From Bifidobacterium breve (GTDB lineage Bacteria; Actinomycetota; Thermoleophilia; Gaiellales; F1-60-MAGs149), in contig CAMDVX010000001.1 in NCBI GenBank assembly GCA_945877865.1, positions 18,728 through 82,727 on the forward strand: 64,000 nt of DNA, read 5' to 3'. A program made the position numbers and the translations under genes. The notes beneath the pieces are model-generated. The model did no database searches, was not told the origin of the DNA, and saw nothing but the letters and a program-made list of their open reading frames with translations. Numbering within the stretch: the stretch's first letter is position 1; each line of letters starts with the position of its first letter. Below, piece by piece: positions 9,001-17,330 of the stretch.

Positions 9001-10135
9001 GGGCGCGAGCGGGCGACGCGGTGCAGGCATCGGTGCTGCTGTTGCCCGCGGCGACGGCGAAGACGACGCCGTCCGTGATGCCGCGCTGGACCGCATCATC
9101 CAGCGTGGCGGACGCGACGCCGCCGAGGCTCATGTTCGCCACCGCGGGCGTGCCGGCTGCATGGTCGGCGACCACCCAATCGATGCCGGCAACGACGCCG
9201 GCCGTGGAGCCGGAGCCGGAGCAGCTGAGCACGCGCACGGGGACCAGCGTGACGCCCTTGGCGACGCCGTAGGTCGAGCCGCCAACGGTACCGGCGACGT
9301 GGGTGCCGTGGCCATTGCAATCAGAGGTGCCCCCGCCGATCTTATCAACGCCGGTTCCCATCCGGCCCGTGAACTGGGTGTGAGTGCTGAGGATGCCTGT
9401 GTCGATGATGTACGCAGTCACGCCGCTGCCAGTGAGCGTGTAGTTGTACTGGCTATCAAGCGGCAGCAGGCGCTGGTCACTGCGGTCTAGTCCCCAGGGT
9501 GGGCTCGACTGGGTGGTGTCAATGCCGACGACCCGGTCGGGCTCAATGCGCACGACAGACGGGAGCTTGGCGAGCCGTGCGACCTGCGTTGCGCTGAGCT
9601 CGGCGGCAAAGCCGTTGATGGCGTGGGTGAAGACCGCAAATGGCGTGGCCCCGTTGGCGGCGGCCAGCGCGGTCGGCTCAGACCCTGCCGTCACGGTAAC
9701 GATGTATCGCCCAGGGATGACGGAGCCGACCTTCGCTCCAGCGGGCACGCCTCCGACGCCTGCACCGTCGAGGGTGTGGACGATTCGGTTGCGCTCCACG
9801 ACCTGCACCGCGGGGTCGGCTCGCAGGCGGGCGACATCACTGGCATCAAGCTCGGCAACGAAGCCGTCGACGCCGGATCGGAAGACATCGCTCACGGCGT
9901 TGCTGCGCGCCTCCTCAGCCCTGACCTTCGCCGAAACGTTCGTGCCCTCATCGAGGATGACGACGTACTCGCGATCGGCGGCCTGGGCGGCCGTCGGCAG
10001 CACGAGCAGGGCCAGTAGCGCGGCAAGGCCGAGCGATCGACGAGCGTTCCGAGTGCGGGAGGCGGGGTGAGTGATGGGAAGCTCCTTAGACTGTGGGGGG
10101 CCCGTAGGCGCGGGCTCTACCAACTGCTGACGCAC
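6083..10135 (-). CDS. secreted multidomain subtilase with two complete S8 catalytic domains
   Basis: 1350 aa with a GTG start and an RR-containing signal (NARRSLGLAALLALLVLPTAAQAA). Two I9-like propeptide units (aa ~56-120 and 143-205). S8 domain 1 has IIDTG / GHGTHVAG / GTSMATPHVAG (aa ~213-480). Then FN3, two ~130-aa PPC-like repeats, and a second FN3. S8 domain 2 has IVDTG / GHGTHVAG / GTSMATPHVVG (aa ~948-1228). It ends with a Pro-rich linker and a C-terminal beta domain. Confidence 0.9.
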   Translation of the reverse strand: MRQQLVEPAPTGPPQSKELPITHPASRTRNARRSLGLAALLALLVLPTAAQAADREYVVILDEGTNVSAKVRAEEARSNAVSDVFRSGVDGFVAELDASDVARLRADPAVQVVERNRIVHTLDGAGVGGVPAGAKVGSVIPGRYIVTVTAGSEPTALAAANGATPFAVFTHAINGFAAELSATQVARLAKLPSVVRIEPDRVVGIDTTQSSPPWGLDRSDQRLLPLDSQYNYTLTGSGVTAYIIDTGILSTHTQFTGRMGTGVDKIGGGTSDCNGHGTHVAGTVGGSTYGVAKGVTLVPVRVLSCSGSGSTAGVVAGIDWVVADHAAGTPAVANMSLGGVASATLDDAVQRGITDGVVFAVAAGNSSTDACTASPARAPAAITVGATDSTDARAYYSNYGTCLDIFAPGSGILSSWWTSTIATNTISGTSMATPHVAGAAALLLAADPTASPATIRTRLIANATASVISGAGTGSPNLLLASRALASPPVTLPGAPSRLAAVAGNARVTLSFDVPTDAGGSLIIDYVIQQSLSGGAWTTVNDGVSGTTGATITGLTNGSSYAFRVAAVNSAGQGTFTASSSATPAVGLSNDDLADAATVTGATGTTAGTTASATREAGEPTHGGAGASASIWYRWTAPDNGTLTLTTLGSTFDTLLGIYTGTTIAGLTRLADNDDAPGGLWSTVTVSVTSGTSYAIAIDGYGGTRGTTTLNRSFAVAPPAPANDPLAGAIALSGPTGATVGSTASATREAGEPTHGGAGGSASIWYRWTAPANGTLTLTTQGSTFDTLLGIYTGTTIAGLARLADNDDAGGLWSRVVITVTSGTSYAIAIDGYGGTRGATTLNRSFAEAGVPSAPTNATGTAGNAQIIASWSAPVSNGGSTITGYTAKATPGTATCSSSGARTCTIRGLANGTAYTITVTATNASGTSVDSSPSAPVTPGTSKRTAAASWGLDRIDQRSLPLDGIMSLDAAGVVGGAGVTAYIVDTGVWSEHTQFSGRIQSGFVSVNNGSDDGHGSEDCYGHGTHVAGTVGGRDYGVAPAVAIVPVRVLDCTGSGYLSDVIAGLDWVARDHVAGAPAVANMSLGGGYSEALNAAVNGLIADGVTVVVAAGNEDANACEGSPSSTPAAITVGATDSNDRRASFSNFGPCVDVFAPGVDILSAGLDSPTATATMSGTSMATPHVVGAVALLLEASPGATPAQIAAAVSINGSSGIVGDPGPGSPNTLLFIGSSSVPQLPPAPAPAPGTGSPRPPAGGHSAAETTVAPRVAAARLVGGKLQLVLTGGRGALYKIYRDGKLVMTTTSAQPRLVIGKGRRIVFRVRILSADGLSEQSNKVIIAGGRIQVQAVSGR
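7601..8338 (-). repeat. intragenic tandem duplication, 2 x ~342 bp homologous cores at a 396-bp (132-codon) period
   Basis: Copy 7601-7942 and copy 7997-8338 are near-identical at DNA level. For example gcggttgagcgt.gtgg.gccgcgcgtgccgccgtagcc.tcgatggcgat occurs at 7604 and again at 8000. They encode ASATREAGEPTHGGAG.SASIWYRWTAP.NGTLTLTT.GSTFDTLLGIYTGTTIAGL.RLADNDDA...SGTSYAIAIDGYGGTRG.TTLNRSFA. Confidence 0.9.
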
Positions 10136-10458
10136 GCACCGCCAAGATCTGACGCGTGCTAAGACGGCTAAAGGTTGATTCCAAGCCGCTGAATTTCCTC
10201 ACATACTAGCGTGCGTCGCAGAAACTGCTGGGGAACCTGTCGGCAGCGCTTTTCTCGCTACCGAGCGGTGGTGCGCTGCGCCGTGGCCTGCGCCGCGCCG
10301 ACGCTCAGGCCTGCTTGAGACCGTGAGCGCGTCGGCTTGTGGAGACGACGTCGGAAGGTGCCACGGCCGGCGACGGGAGTGGGGCATCGCGGGTGTGCCC
10401 GCTTCCTCTGGGCGGGGGCCTGCTCTGCGCGCTTTGGTCCGTTAGACTCCCCTAACAA

Positions 10459-11709
10459 ATGGCCGCCGCACCCACCCCCCTCCTCGACGTTGAGCTGGTC
10501 CGGCGGGACTTTCCAATCCTCGAGCGGATCATCCATGGCCAGCCGTTGGCCTACCTCGACTCGGCCTCCACAGCGCAGAAGCCGCAGCAGATGCTCGCTG
10601 CCGTGACGCGCTTCTACTCCACCTCAAACGCCAACGTGCACCGCGGCGTCTACACCCTCGGGGTCGAGAGCACCGATGCGTTTGAGGGTGCGCGTGATGC
10701 GGTCGCGCGCCTGCTTAACGCCCGCTCGCGCCGTGAGGTCATCTTCACCCGCAACACGACGGAGGCCATCAACCTCGTCGCGAAGACCTACGGCCTGCAG
10801 CACTGCGGCCCCGGCGACATCATCGTCAGCACGGTCCTCGAGCATCACGCCAACATCGTTCCGTGGCAGGTGCTGGCCCAGGCCACCGGCGCCACCCTCC
10901 GCTTCCTCGACTGTGACGACGCGGGTGTGCTTCAGCTCGACGCGCTCGACGGGATCGCGCGGGAGGGAAACGTGCGGATTGTCGCCGTCACGCACCAGTC
11001 GAACACGCTTGGTGTGCGGCCCCCGCTCGCCCAGCTCGTCGCCTGGGCGCATGCGCAAGACGCGATCGTTCTGCTCGACGCTGCCCAAACGGTGCCCAAT
11101 CGCCCCGTCGATGTGCAGGCGCTTGGCGTTGACTTCCTTGCCTTCTCGGGGCACAAGACCCTTGGCCCCACAGGCATCGGTGCGCTGTGGGGCCGCGAGG
11201 AGCTCTTGGCCGGGCTCGAGCCGTTCCTGACGGGTGGCGAGATGATTCGCAGCGTCCGCTTGGAGCGAACGGCGTGGAATACGCTGCCGTGGAAGTTTGA
11301 GGCGGGCACGCCAGCCTTCGCGGAGGCGGTCGGTCTCCACGCCGCCATCGACTACCTCGAAGGCGTTGGCCTGACGGCAATTGACGCGCATGAGCAGGCC
11401 ATCACCGAGTACGCGCTGGCGCGTCTGCAGGAGGTGCCCAAGCTGCGGATCATCGGGCCCACGAGCGCCGACCTCCGCGGCGGCGTCGTGTCGTTCGTGC
11501 TCGACGACGTTCACCCGCATGACATCGCTGAGATCCTTGATCGTCATGCCGTCTGCGTCCGTGCCGGACACCACTGCACCCAGCCGCTGATCGAGCGACT
11601 TGGTCTGCCCGCAACCGTGCGGGCCTCCTTCTACCTCTATACGACGACGGACGAGATCGACCGGCTGATCGTCGGCCTGCTCGACGTCCGGCGAATCATG
11701 GGAGTCTGA
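10459..11709 (+). CDS. sufS: cysteine desulfurase SufS (class V aminotransferase)
   Basis: 416 aa. PLP-lysine motif FSGHKTLGPTGIGALWG, active-site Cys loop RAGHHCTQP, and the N-terminal DFPIL...YLDSASTAQKP motif. Confidence 0.92.
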   Translation: MAAAPTPLLDVELVRRDFPILERIIHGQPLAYLDSASTAQKPQQMLAAVTRFYSTSNANVHRGVYTLGVESTDAFEGARDAVARLLNARSRREVIFTRNTTEAINLVAKTYGLQHCGPGDIIVSTVLEHHANIVPWQVLAQATGATLRFLDCDDAGVLQLDALDGIAREGNVRIVAVTHQSNTLGVRPPLAQLVAWAHAQDAIVLLDAAQTVPNRPVDVQALGVDFLAFSGHKTLGPTGIGALWGREELLAGLEPFLTGGEMIRSVRLERTAWNTLPWKFEAGTPAFAEAVGLHAAIDYLEGVGLTAIDAHEQAITEYALARLQEVPKLRIIGPTSADLRGGVVSFVLDDVHPHDIAEILDRHAVCVRAGHHCTQPLIERLGLPATVRASFYLYTTTDEIDRLIVGLLDVRRIMGV

Positions 11710-11710
11710 G

Positions 11711-12130
11711 ATGGACGAGCTCTATCGCGAGAATCTGATGGACCACTACCAGCACCCTCGGCACCATGGCGAGCTGCCGGACGCAGACGCCGAGGCCGAG
11801 GGGCAGAACCCGCTCTGCGGCGACCACGTCGTCGTGCAGGTTCGATTAACGGATGGAACCATCGGTGAGATGCGCTTTACCGGCCAGGGCTGCGCAGTCT
11901 CGCAGGCCGCAACCTCGATGCTGACCGAGCTCGTGCAGGGCTTGACGGTGGAGGAGGCCGCTGCGCTGCCGTCGAGCGCGATTCTCGACGAGCTGGCGAT
12001 CCCGCTGTCTCCGATGCGGGTCAAGTGTGCGGTGCTCGGTCTTGGCACGCTCAAGCTTGCATTGCATCGGTCCGTTGGCACGCCGCTGCCAGCAGAGTGG
12101 GGCGACACGGACGAGATCGTCTGGGGCTAG
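11711..12130 (+). CDS. sufU: SufU / NifU-like Fe-S cluster scaffold / sulfur acceptor
   Basis: 139 aa with LYRENLMDHYQHPRHHG, NPLCGD, GQGCAVSQA and RVKCAVL (the three conserved Cys). Starts 2 nt after sufS. Confidence 0.9.
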   Translation: MDELYRENLMDHYQHPRHHGELPDADAEAEGQNPLCGDHVVVQVRLTDGTIGEMRFTGQGCAVSQAATSMLTELVQGLTVEEAAALPSSAILDELAIPLSPMRVKCAVLGLGTLKLALHRSVGTPLPAEWGDTDEIVWG

Positions 12131-13170
12131 CCGCGCTGCGGCTGCGCCTGTGTGGCGAGCAGACGCTCTCCGCGGATTGCGAGATCAAGCCGAAAGCGAT
12201 CGTCGCCGTGCTGCAGGTCGAGCCCTGTCAGCTTGGCGATCCGAGCGAGGCGATAGCGGATCGTTCGCTCGTGTAGGCCGAGCGCCCGGGCGGTTGCGGC
12301 GATGCTGAGGCCCTCTTGAAGCCAGATGGCGACGGTCTCGATGTACGCCGGACCACCAGCCCGCGTGGTGCGCAGGGGATCGAGCGTGGAGGCTACGAGC
12401 TGAGTGAGCAGGTCCTCCTCCTGCCCGATTACGGCCTCGGCCAGCACGTCGACGTAGGGGACGACTCCTTGCAGCCCCAGCCGTCGGGCGATGTGCAGGG
12501 CCTGCTGCGCGTCCGCGTACGAGCTTCGAATGCCGGCGATGCCGATCCCGGGCCGACCGAGGCCAGCTGGCTCTGCTCCCCGCGGAACCCGACCGCTGAA
12601 GATCGCGACGGTGGTTCCGTCGCGGACCCCAGCGAGCTGCGCCGCGTCGAGCAACCGAAGAACGCTGGCCTCTGAGGCCGCGCCGATCACGATCACGCTA
12701 CGCCGTCCGGCTAGGTCTACGCCGAGCCGAGCGGCCGTCGACAGCACCTCGGCCTCGTCGCCGTCGCCAAGGACGGCGTCGAGCAGGAGGCCCAGCACGG
12801 CGGCGCGCTCGCGAACCACGCGGTCCCGAGCGGCGCCAAACCCCGTGGCAAGCGCTGACGACCCGACTCCGAGCGCCTCGAGCAGCTGGCCTGCGTGAGA
12901 CCACTCGGCGGACTCTGCTGAGGCGGCCGTGAGGACGGCTCGACCGACGGTAGACCACACGCTGAGCACCGCCGAGAGCTCGAGGCCGTCGCTGGCTGCC
13001 ACGGTGCCGGCGGCCACCAGCTGGCTCGTTGCGGCGGCGGTTAGTGGATTGCCCGTCCGGGCGGTGCGCGTCAGCAGCTGCAGCCAGCCTGCGGTGTTGA
13101 CCTGATTCGCGACGGGTCCCGTCGACGCAGTGATGGCTGCGACCTGGTCGTGTGCGAGCGGCGCCTTCAT
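12127..13170 (-). CDS. PucR/CdaR-family transcriptional regulator
   Basis: C-terminal PucR-type HTH (IETVAIWLQEGLSIAATARALGLHERTIRYRLARIAKLTGLDL). The track ORF (to 13731) has an Arg/Cys-rich N-terminal extension overlapping the upstream gene. I trimmed it to the ATG at 13170 (MKAPLAHDQ...). Confidence 0.72.
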   Translation of the reverse strand: MKAPLAHDQVAAITASTGPVANQVNTAGWLQLLTRTARTGNPLTAAATSQLVAAGTVAASDGLELSAVLSVWSTVGRAVLTAASAESAEWSHAGQLLEALGVGSSALATGFGAARDRVVRERAAVLGLLLDAVLGDGDEAEVLSTAARLGVDLAGRRSVIVIGAASEASVLRLLDAAQLAGVRDGTTVAIFSGRVPRGAEPAGLGRPGIGIAGIRSSYADAQQALHIARRLGLQGVVPYVDVLAEAVIGQEEDLLTQLVASTLDPLRTTRAGGPAYIETVAIWLQEGLSIAATARALGLHERTIRYRLARIAKLTGLDLQHGDDRFRLDLAIRGERLLATQAQPQRG

Positions 13171-13204
13171 CCGCCAAAACCTTACCGGGATCCGGCAAAG
13201 CGCG

Positions 13205-14893
13205 TTAGGAGGGTGCCACCTCAGCACGCACGGTCGCCGGGTCGAAGCGGAAGCGCACGACGCCGCCCACATCGCTTCGCTTGCCGCCGGCTTCACGGAG
13301 CAGCCCCGTCCACGGGCCGGGAGCTGCGCCATCGACGAGCACCCAGGAGGTCCCCGTGAAGGCCAGATAGCGGAGCAGCTCGTAGCGGGCATTTGCGGGT
13401 AGCTGATCGGAGTAGAAGCCCGCGACGATCGGAAAGCCCGCGTACGCCGCAGGCACGGCGGCGGCACTATAGCCGCCCGCCTGCCGATAGCGCATCCGGT
13501 CGAGCGCCTGCCAGTACATGCCGTTGCCCCGAAACGAGTAGGGCAGGAGCAGCACGACGGCATCGTCGGGGATGGCAGCCGTCGCGCTGCCCGACGAGAT
13601 ACCGGCTGGCGTGGCAAGGCCTGTCCGCCACCAGCTGGCGCTCGGCGCTGGCAGCAGCAGCGCGAGCGCTGCCACTGCGAGGGCCGCCCGCAGCAGCCAG
13701 CCGCGGGCAGAGCCGCCGGCCCGCGCGACAAAGAGGCTCGTCAGCAGGGCGATGGCGAGCCACGTGAAGACGACGATGCGGGCCGGCAACGCGTAGCCGA
13801 TCAACGGCAGCCGACCGACGAGCGACCAGGGCATCGTCAGCGAAGGAACGCCACCGCTGACCAGGTGCGAGCCTGCGGCGAGGGCGAGCGCGGCCAGACC
13901 CGTGGCGGCAATGGTCCACGCGAGACGCTCGCGGCGCCAGCGCAGGAAGCCTGCGAGCGCGACGACGGCGAGGAGCGGCCCCACGTACGCCAGCTGCTCC
14001 GTCAGGTTGCCGGCGAACGTCGCCGAGGTCGCGAGGTAGCGCTCGCCTCCCAGCCAGGTGATGGGAGTCGGCACGAGCAGGTTCTTGAAGTCGAGCGGAT
14101 AGAGCTCGGGTCGGATGCGATCCGTGAGGGGGTTCGGGTGTCGGAAGGCGGCGATCAGCAGCGGGGAGACGATCACCAGCGCTACGGCGTAGGCCGCGGC
14201 CAGCCAGGGGAGCGCCCGCCCAATGCGTATCCGGCTGTCGCTCGGCCCGAGCACGCAGGCCGCGACGAGGGCCACGCCGCCCACGAGCGTGGCCGTCGCT
14301 GCGACCTCAGTAAAGATCAGAAACTGCAGGGCAATCAGTCCCGCCAGCAGCAGCGTTGCGCGGACGCGTGGCAGCGACTCCTCAATCAGGCGGATCGCCA
14401 CCAGCAGGATCAGCGGAAGCGTCGCGACGAGGGCGAGGTTGAGGTGGTTCAGCGTCTCGCCCAGAACGTACGAGGAGAAGCCGAACGTCCAGCCGCCGAG
14501 GATCGCGGCCAGCGATTCGTCGGTGAGGTGGCGACACAGCAGGTAGGCCGCCCAGGCTGCCAGCGCGGGGGCGGCCAAGGCGAGCGTGTTGTAGGTGGCG
14601 AGCGGCCCGATCAGCGCGGTCAGCGGAGCGGCGAGGATCGCCGGGCCGGGAATCGTCGTGGCCCACGCTAGGTTGAAGCCCATGGGCGCATCGATGCGGT
14701 CCGTCAGAAACGGCGGCTGCCGCTGCTGCAGGACCTCCAGCCAGTGGACGAGCGACCAGGCGAAGAACCCCTGATCTCCGCCAAAGCTGCCAACAACTGC
14801 ATCCTGGGGGGCCCGCAGCAGGTGCCGCCCGATCAGCGCGAGCGAGCAGGCTGCGTAGCCGAGCAGCACGAGGACTGGCTCAAAGCGGCGCAT
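13205..14893 (-). CDS. large polytopic membrane protein, possible GT-C-like glycosyltransferase
   Basis: Many hydrophobic helices followed by a soluble C-terminal domain. Trimmed to the ATG at 14893 (MRRFEPVLVLLGYAA...), because the longer ORF begins with an Arg-rich non-membrane leader. The functional call is weak. Confidence 0.55.
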   Translation of the reverse strand: MRRFEPVLVLLGYAACSLALIGRHLLRAPQDAVVGSFGGDQGFFAWSLVHWLEVLQQRQPPFLTDRIDAPMGFNLAWATTIPGPAILAAPLTALIGPLATYNTLALAAPALAAWAAYLLCRHLTDESLAAILGGWTFGFSSYVLGETLNHLNLALVATLPLILLVAIRLIEESLPRVRATLLLAGLIALQFLIFTEVAATATLVGGVALVAACVLGPSDSRIRIGRALPWLAAAYAVALVIVSPLLIAAFRHPNPLTDRIRPELYPLDFKNLLVPTPITWLGGERYLATSATFAGNLTEQLAYVGPLLAVVALAGFLRWRRERLAWTIAATGLAALALAAGSHLVSGGVPSLTMPWSLVGRLPLIGYALPARIVVFTWLAIALLTSLFVARAGGSARGWLLRAALAVAALALLLPAPSASWWRTGLATPAGISSGSATAAIPDDAVVLLLPYSFRGNGMYWQALDRMRYRQAGGYSAAAVPAAYAGFPIVAGFYSDQLPANARYELLRYLAFTGTSWVLVDGAAPGPWTGLLREAGGKRSDVGGVVRFRFDPATVRAEVAPS

Positions 14894-14940
14894 GCCGGGA
14901 GTGTAAGCGTGACCTCGAGCCAGCCGCCTCCGCAATCGAA

Positions 14941-14971
14941 GAGGGCCGGGTGGTTGGTCCACCCGGCCCTC
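14941..14971 (-). promoter_or_regulatory. perfect 13-bp stem hairpin in the leader of the membrane-protein gene
   Basis: gagggccgggtgg-ttggt-ccacccggccctc lies 48 nt upstream of the ATG at 14893 and ~340 nt downstream of the dcd stop. It could be a terminator for dcd or a 5'-UTR element. Confidence 0.4.
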
Positions 14972-15307
14972 CGGTCGATCGCTGGTCATACGTAAGAGTC
15001 GCTGCGGCAGGCGCCGCGGCCCCAACGCTGGCTAGACGGTTCCCTGTCGGTCCAGGGGCACGCCCTTACGTGCGATGACCTCCACTTGCCGTACAGTCGC
15101 TATTCAGAACGGACCACCCCCTTTCCGCGGTCCTCAAAAAATACCAGCGACGCACCAAAAAGGGAAGGGACCGGACCAAGCTGCGGCGCAGTTCTGCTGG
15201 AGACCGAACGTGGCGCTCGCGCTCCTGCGCAGCTCGTTGCCGCGTTGGTCCCGACGCAGCCTCCGAAGCACCTCAGGCGACTGGCGGCTCGACGGACGCT
15301 GCTCCTG

Positions 15308-15871
15308 CTAGGTGAAGTTACGCCAGTAGGCGCTCGGCGTCGGGCCAACCTGCCCTTGGTACTTCGAGCCGAGGGCACCGGAACCGTATGGCTGCTCGGC
15401 TGGCCCGTCGAGGTCGAGGAACGAAAGCTGCCCGATCTTCATCTCCGGGTACAGGGTGATCGGGAGATTGGCCACGTTCGATAGCTCAAGCGTGACGTGG
15501 CCGTCAAAGCCCGGGTCGATGAAGCCCGCCGTTGAGTGGACCTGCAGCCCGAGCCGACCCAACGAGCTCTTGCCTTCCAGCCGCGACACGATGTCGTCAC
15601 CGAGGGTGACGCGCTCCAGCGTGGCACCGAGCACGAACTCGCCCGGATGCAGAATAAACGGCCCTCCGTCCGTGATCTCGATCAGCTCCGTCAGCTCTGC
15701 CTGCTCCTGCTTGACGTCGATGTAGCCGTAGCGGCTATTGCGAAAGACGCGAAACCGCCGATCGCAGCGGACATCAACGCTCGCCGGCTGGATCAACGCA
15801 GCGTCGAAGGGGTCGAGGGCAATGCGCCCAGCCGCCACGGCGGCGCGGATTCCACGATCGGAGAGAACCAT
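15308..15871 (-). CDS. dcd: dCTP deaminase (dUTPase-fold)
   Basis: [11 protein letters not shown]...IQPASVDVR...[12 protein letters not shown]...[28 protein letters not shown] matches the Dcd family. Trimmed to the family-typical MxLSD start. Confidence 0.9.
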   Translation of the reverse strand: MVLSDRGIRAAVAAGRIALDPFDAALIQPASVDVRCDRRFRVFRNSRYGYIDVKQEQAELTELIEITDGGPFILHPGEFVLGATLERVTLGDDIVSRLEGKSSLGRLGLQVHSTAGFIDPGFDGHVTLELSNVANLPITLYPEMKIGQLSFLDLDGPAEQPYGSGALGSKYQGQVGPTPSAYWRNFT

Positions 15872-15929
15872 GCTTGACGCAGTCTGGCACGCGGGGAAGA
15901 CGGGCGGGCGCAAGCGTTCCAGTACGCTT

Positions 15930-17330
15930 GTGGACGTGAGCAGCCGGGTCATTGCGCAGCGCTACGCCCTCGGCCTCCCTGAGCCCAGCGTGCCGGGCTG
16001 CACGCAGTGGCGAGCACGAGACGCTGTGACGGGGGGTGCAGTGATCGTCGCGCTGCTGGACCAGAGCCAGGCGGAGGACGTGGCGTTGGCTGCGCTGGCC
16101 GCTGCTCGACACCCGTCGCTGCCGGTCGTGCTGGACCATGGCGTCGACGGCAGCATCCGCTACGTGGTGACGCCCGCCCGCTCGGGAACTCCGCTCCGGG
16201 CTCGTCTGGCGCTGCGGGAGCAGCTGACACCGCTCGAGGTGGCAGACTTTGGCTCGCGGGTGGCGGACGCCCTCGCCGAGCTTCACAGCCGCGGCCTCGT
16301 GCAGGGGCGGCTGACGCCGGACACGCTGGTGCTCGACGAGACGGGGCTGCCCCGCATCGAGGATCCTGCGACGGCCGGGCTGGCCCATCCTCCGCTGGCG
16401 CAGAACGACGACCTGCATGCGCTCGGTCTGCTCTTGCGCACGGTGGCGCGGGCGCCTGACACCGGCAATCTGCTTGATGCTCCTGGCATTACTCCGCAGC
16501 TGGCGGCTCTCATTCAGAGCTTGGGGTCGGCCCAGCCACCGCCCGCAGCTGACGTCCGCGATGTCCTACGCAGGTCGACGCGCAGTGCACCCCACAGCGC
16601 TGCGGAATCGGCGTGGGAGCCGTTTGCTCCGCCCGTGGATGCTCTGCCTGCACGTCGCAGCGCAGCCGTGCCTCGCGGTCTCGTCATCCTCGTCAGCGGG
16701 TTGGTCCTGATCGTGGCCGTCCTCGCGGCGATTGCCGTCGCCACGCTCGTCGACCGTCGGGATGCTCGCCAGCGCGTTGAGGCGGGCGGCATGCCCGGGC
16801 TGGTGACGACGGTACCTGCCGCCGCACCTGATCCCGCGCCAGCAGTGCCGCCAGCCGTGGCGAGGCGGATTCGGCGCCTGCCGGTCGCCTCTGTGGCTGC
16901 CCGCGACCCGAGCGGCCTCGATGGCGAGAACTCCGAGCAGGCGGGCCTCGCTGTCGACAGCTCGCGCACGACAGCCTGGTCCACCGAGACCTACCGTGCT
17001 GCTGACATGAGCGGGAAGCTCGGCGTCGGGCTGATCCTCCGGCTCGCTGCCCCTGCGCAGGTCCGTCGTCTCGTCGTCCGTGCGGCTCCAGCCGGTGCGA
17101 CGGTCACCGTCTACGCAGCGAGCGGAGCCGAGCCAGCTGCCATTCCAGCCGGCTGGGACGTCGTCAGCGACACGGTCCGACTGGGCGGCAGCGTCACGAC
17201 GCTTCGACTTGATCGCCGACGGCCAGCGACGTCGCTGCTCGTCTGGGTCAGCCAGCTTCCGCCTGGTCCGGGTGGCTTTAGCGTCGCGATCAGCGACCTT
17301 CGTGTCTTCGGCCTGCCGCGCGGCGCCTAG
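15930..17330 (+). CDS. membrane pseudokinase with extracytoplasmic discoidin/CBM-like domain (MviN C-terminal-module-like)
   Basis: Kinase-like fold in which the HRD and DFG motifs are replaced ([28 protein letters not shown]) and there is no Gly-rich loop. One TM helix ([25 protein letters not shown]). C-terminal domain with [24 protein letters not shown]. The start is uncertain: GTG at 15930/15936, or ATG at 15870, which would overlap the dcd start. Confidence 0.6.
   Translation: MDVSSRVIAQRYALGLPEPSVPGCTQWRARDAVTGGAVIVALLDQSQAEDVALAALAAARHPSLPVVLDHGVDGSIRYVVTPARSGTPLRARLALREQLTPLEVADFGSRVADALAELHSRGLVQGRLTPDTLVLDETGLPRIEDPATAGLAHPPLAQNDDLHALGLLLRTVARAPDTGNLLDAPGITPQLAALIQSLGSAQPPPAADVRDVLRRSTRSAPHSAAESAWEPFAPPVDALPARRSAAVPRGLVILVSGLVLIVAVLAAIAVATLVDRRDARQRVEAGGMPGLVTTVPAAAPDPAPAVPPAVARRIRRLPVASVAARDPSGLDGENSEQAGLAVDSSRTTAWSTETYRAADMSGKLGVGLILRLAAPAQVRRLVVRAAPAGATVTVYAASGAEPAAIPAGWDVVSDTVRLGGSVTTLRLDRRRPATSLLVWVSQLPPGPGGFSVAISDLRVFGLPRGA

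Noticed and set aside
12127-12130. Convergent sufU and pucR-family genes whose stop codons share a CTAG palindrome
   Set aside because: This is real in the sequence, but it is probably a trivial consequence of compact gene packing. No functional inference can be supported.
12127-13731. 534-aa ORF for the PucR regulator as given in the track
   Set aside because: The first ~187 aa are Arg/Cys/Pro-rich with no domain character, and they overlap the 3' end of the upstream membrane-protein gene in another frame. An internal ATG at 13170 gives a sensible 347-aa regulator.
15060-15200. A/T-rich patch considered as a riboswitch or known sRNA
   Set aside because: I could not match it by eye to TPP, cobalamin, glycine, ZTP, fluoride, ydaO or 6C consensus features. 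I kept it only as a low-interest observation.
15869-15872. Divergent dcd and pseudokinase genes sharing a CATG, so that their start codons overlap
   Set aside because: This holds only if the pseudokinase uses the ATG at 15870. In-frame GTG codons at 15930/15936, just before the kinase-like domain, are equally plausible and leave a ~60-nt divergent promoter region. It cannot be resolved from sequence alone.
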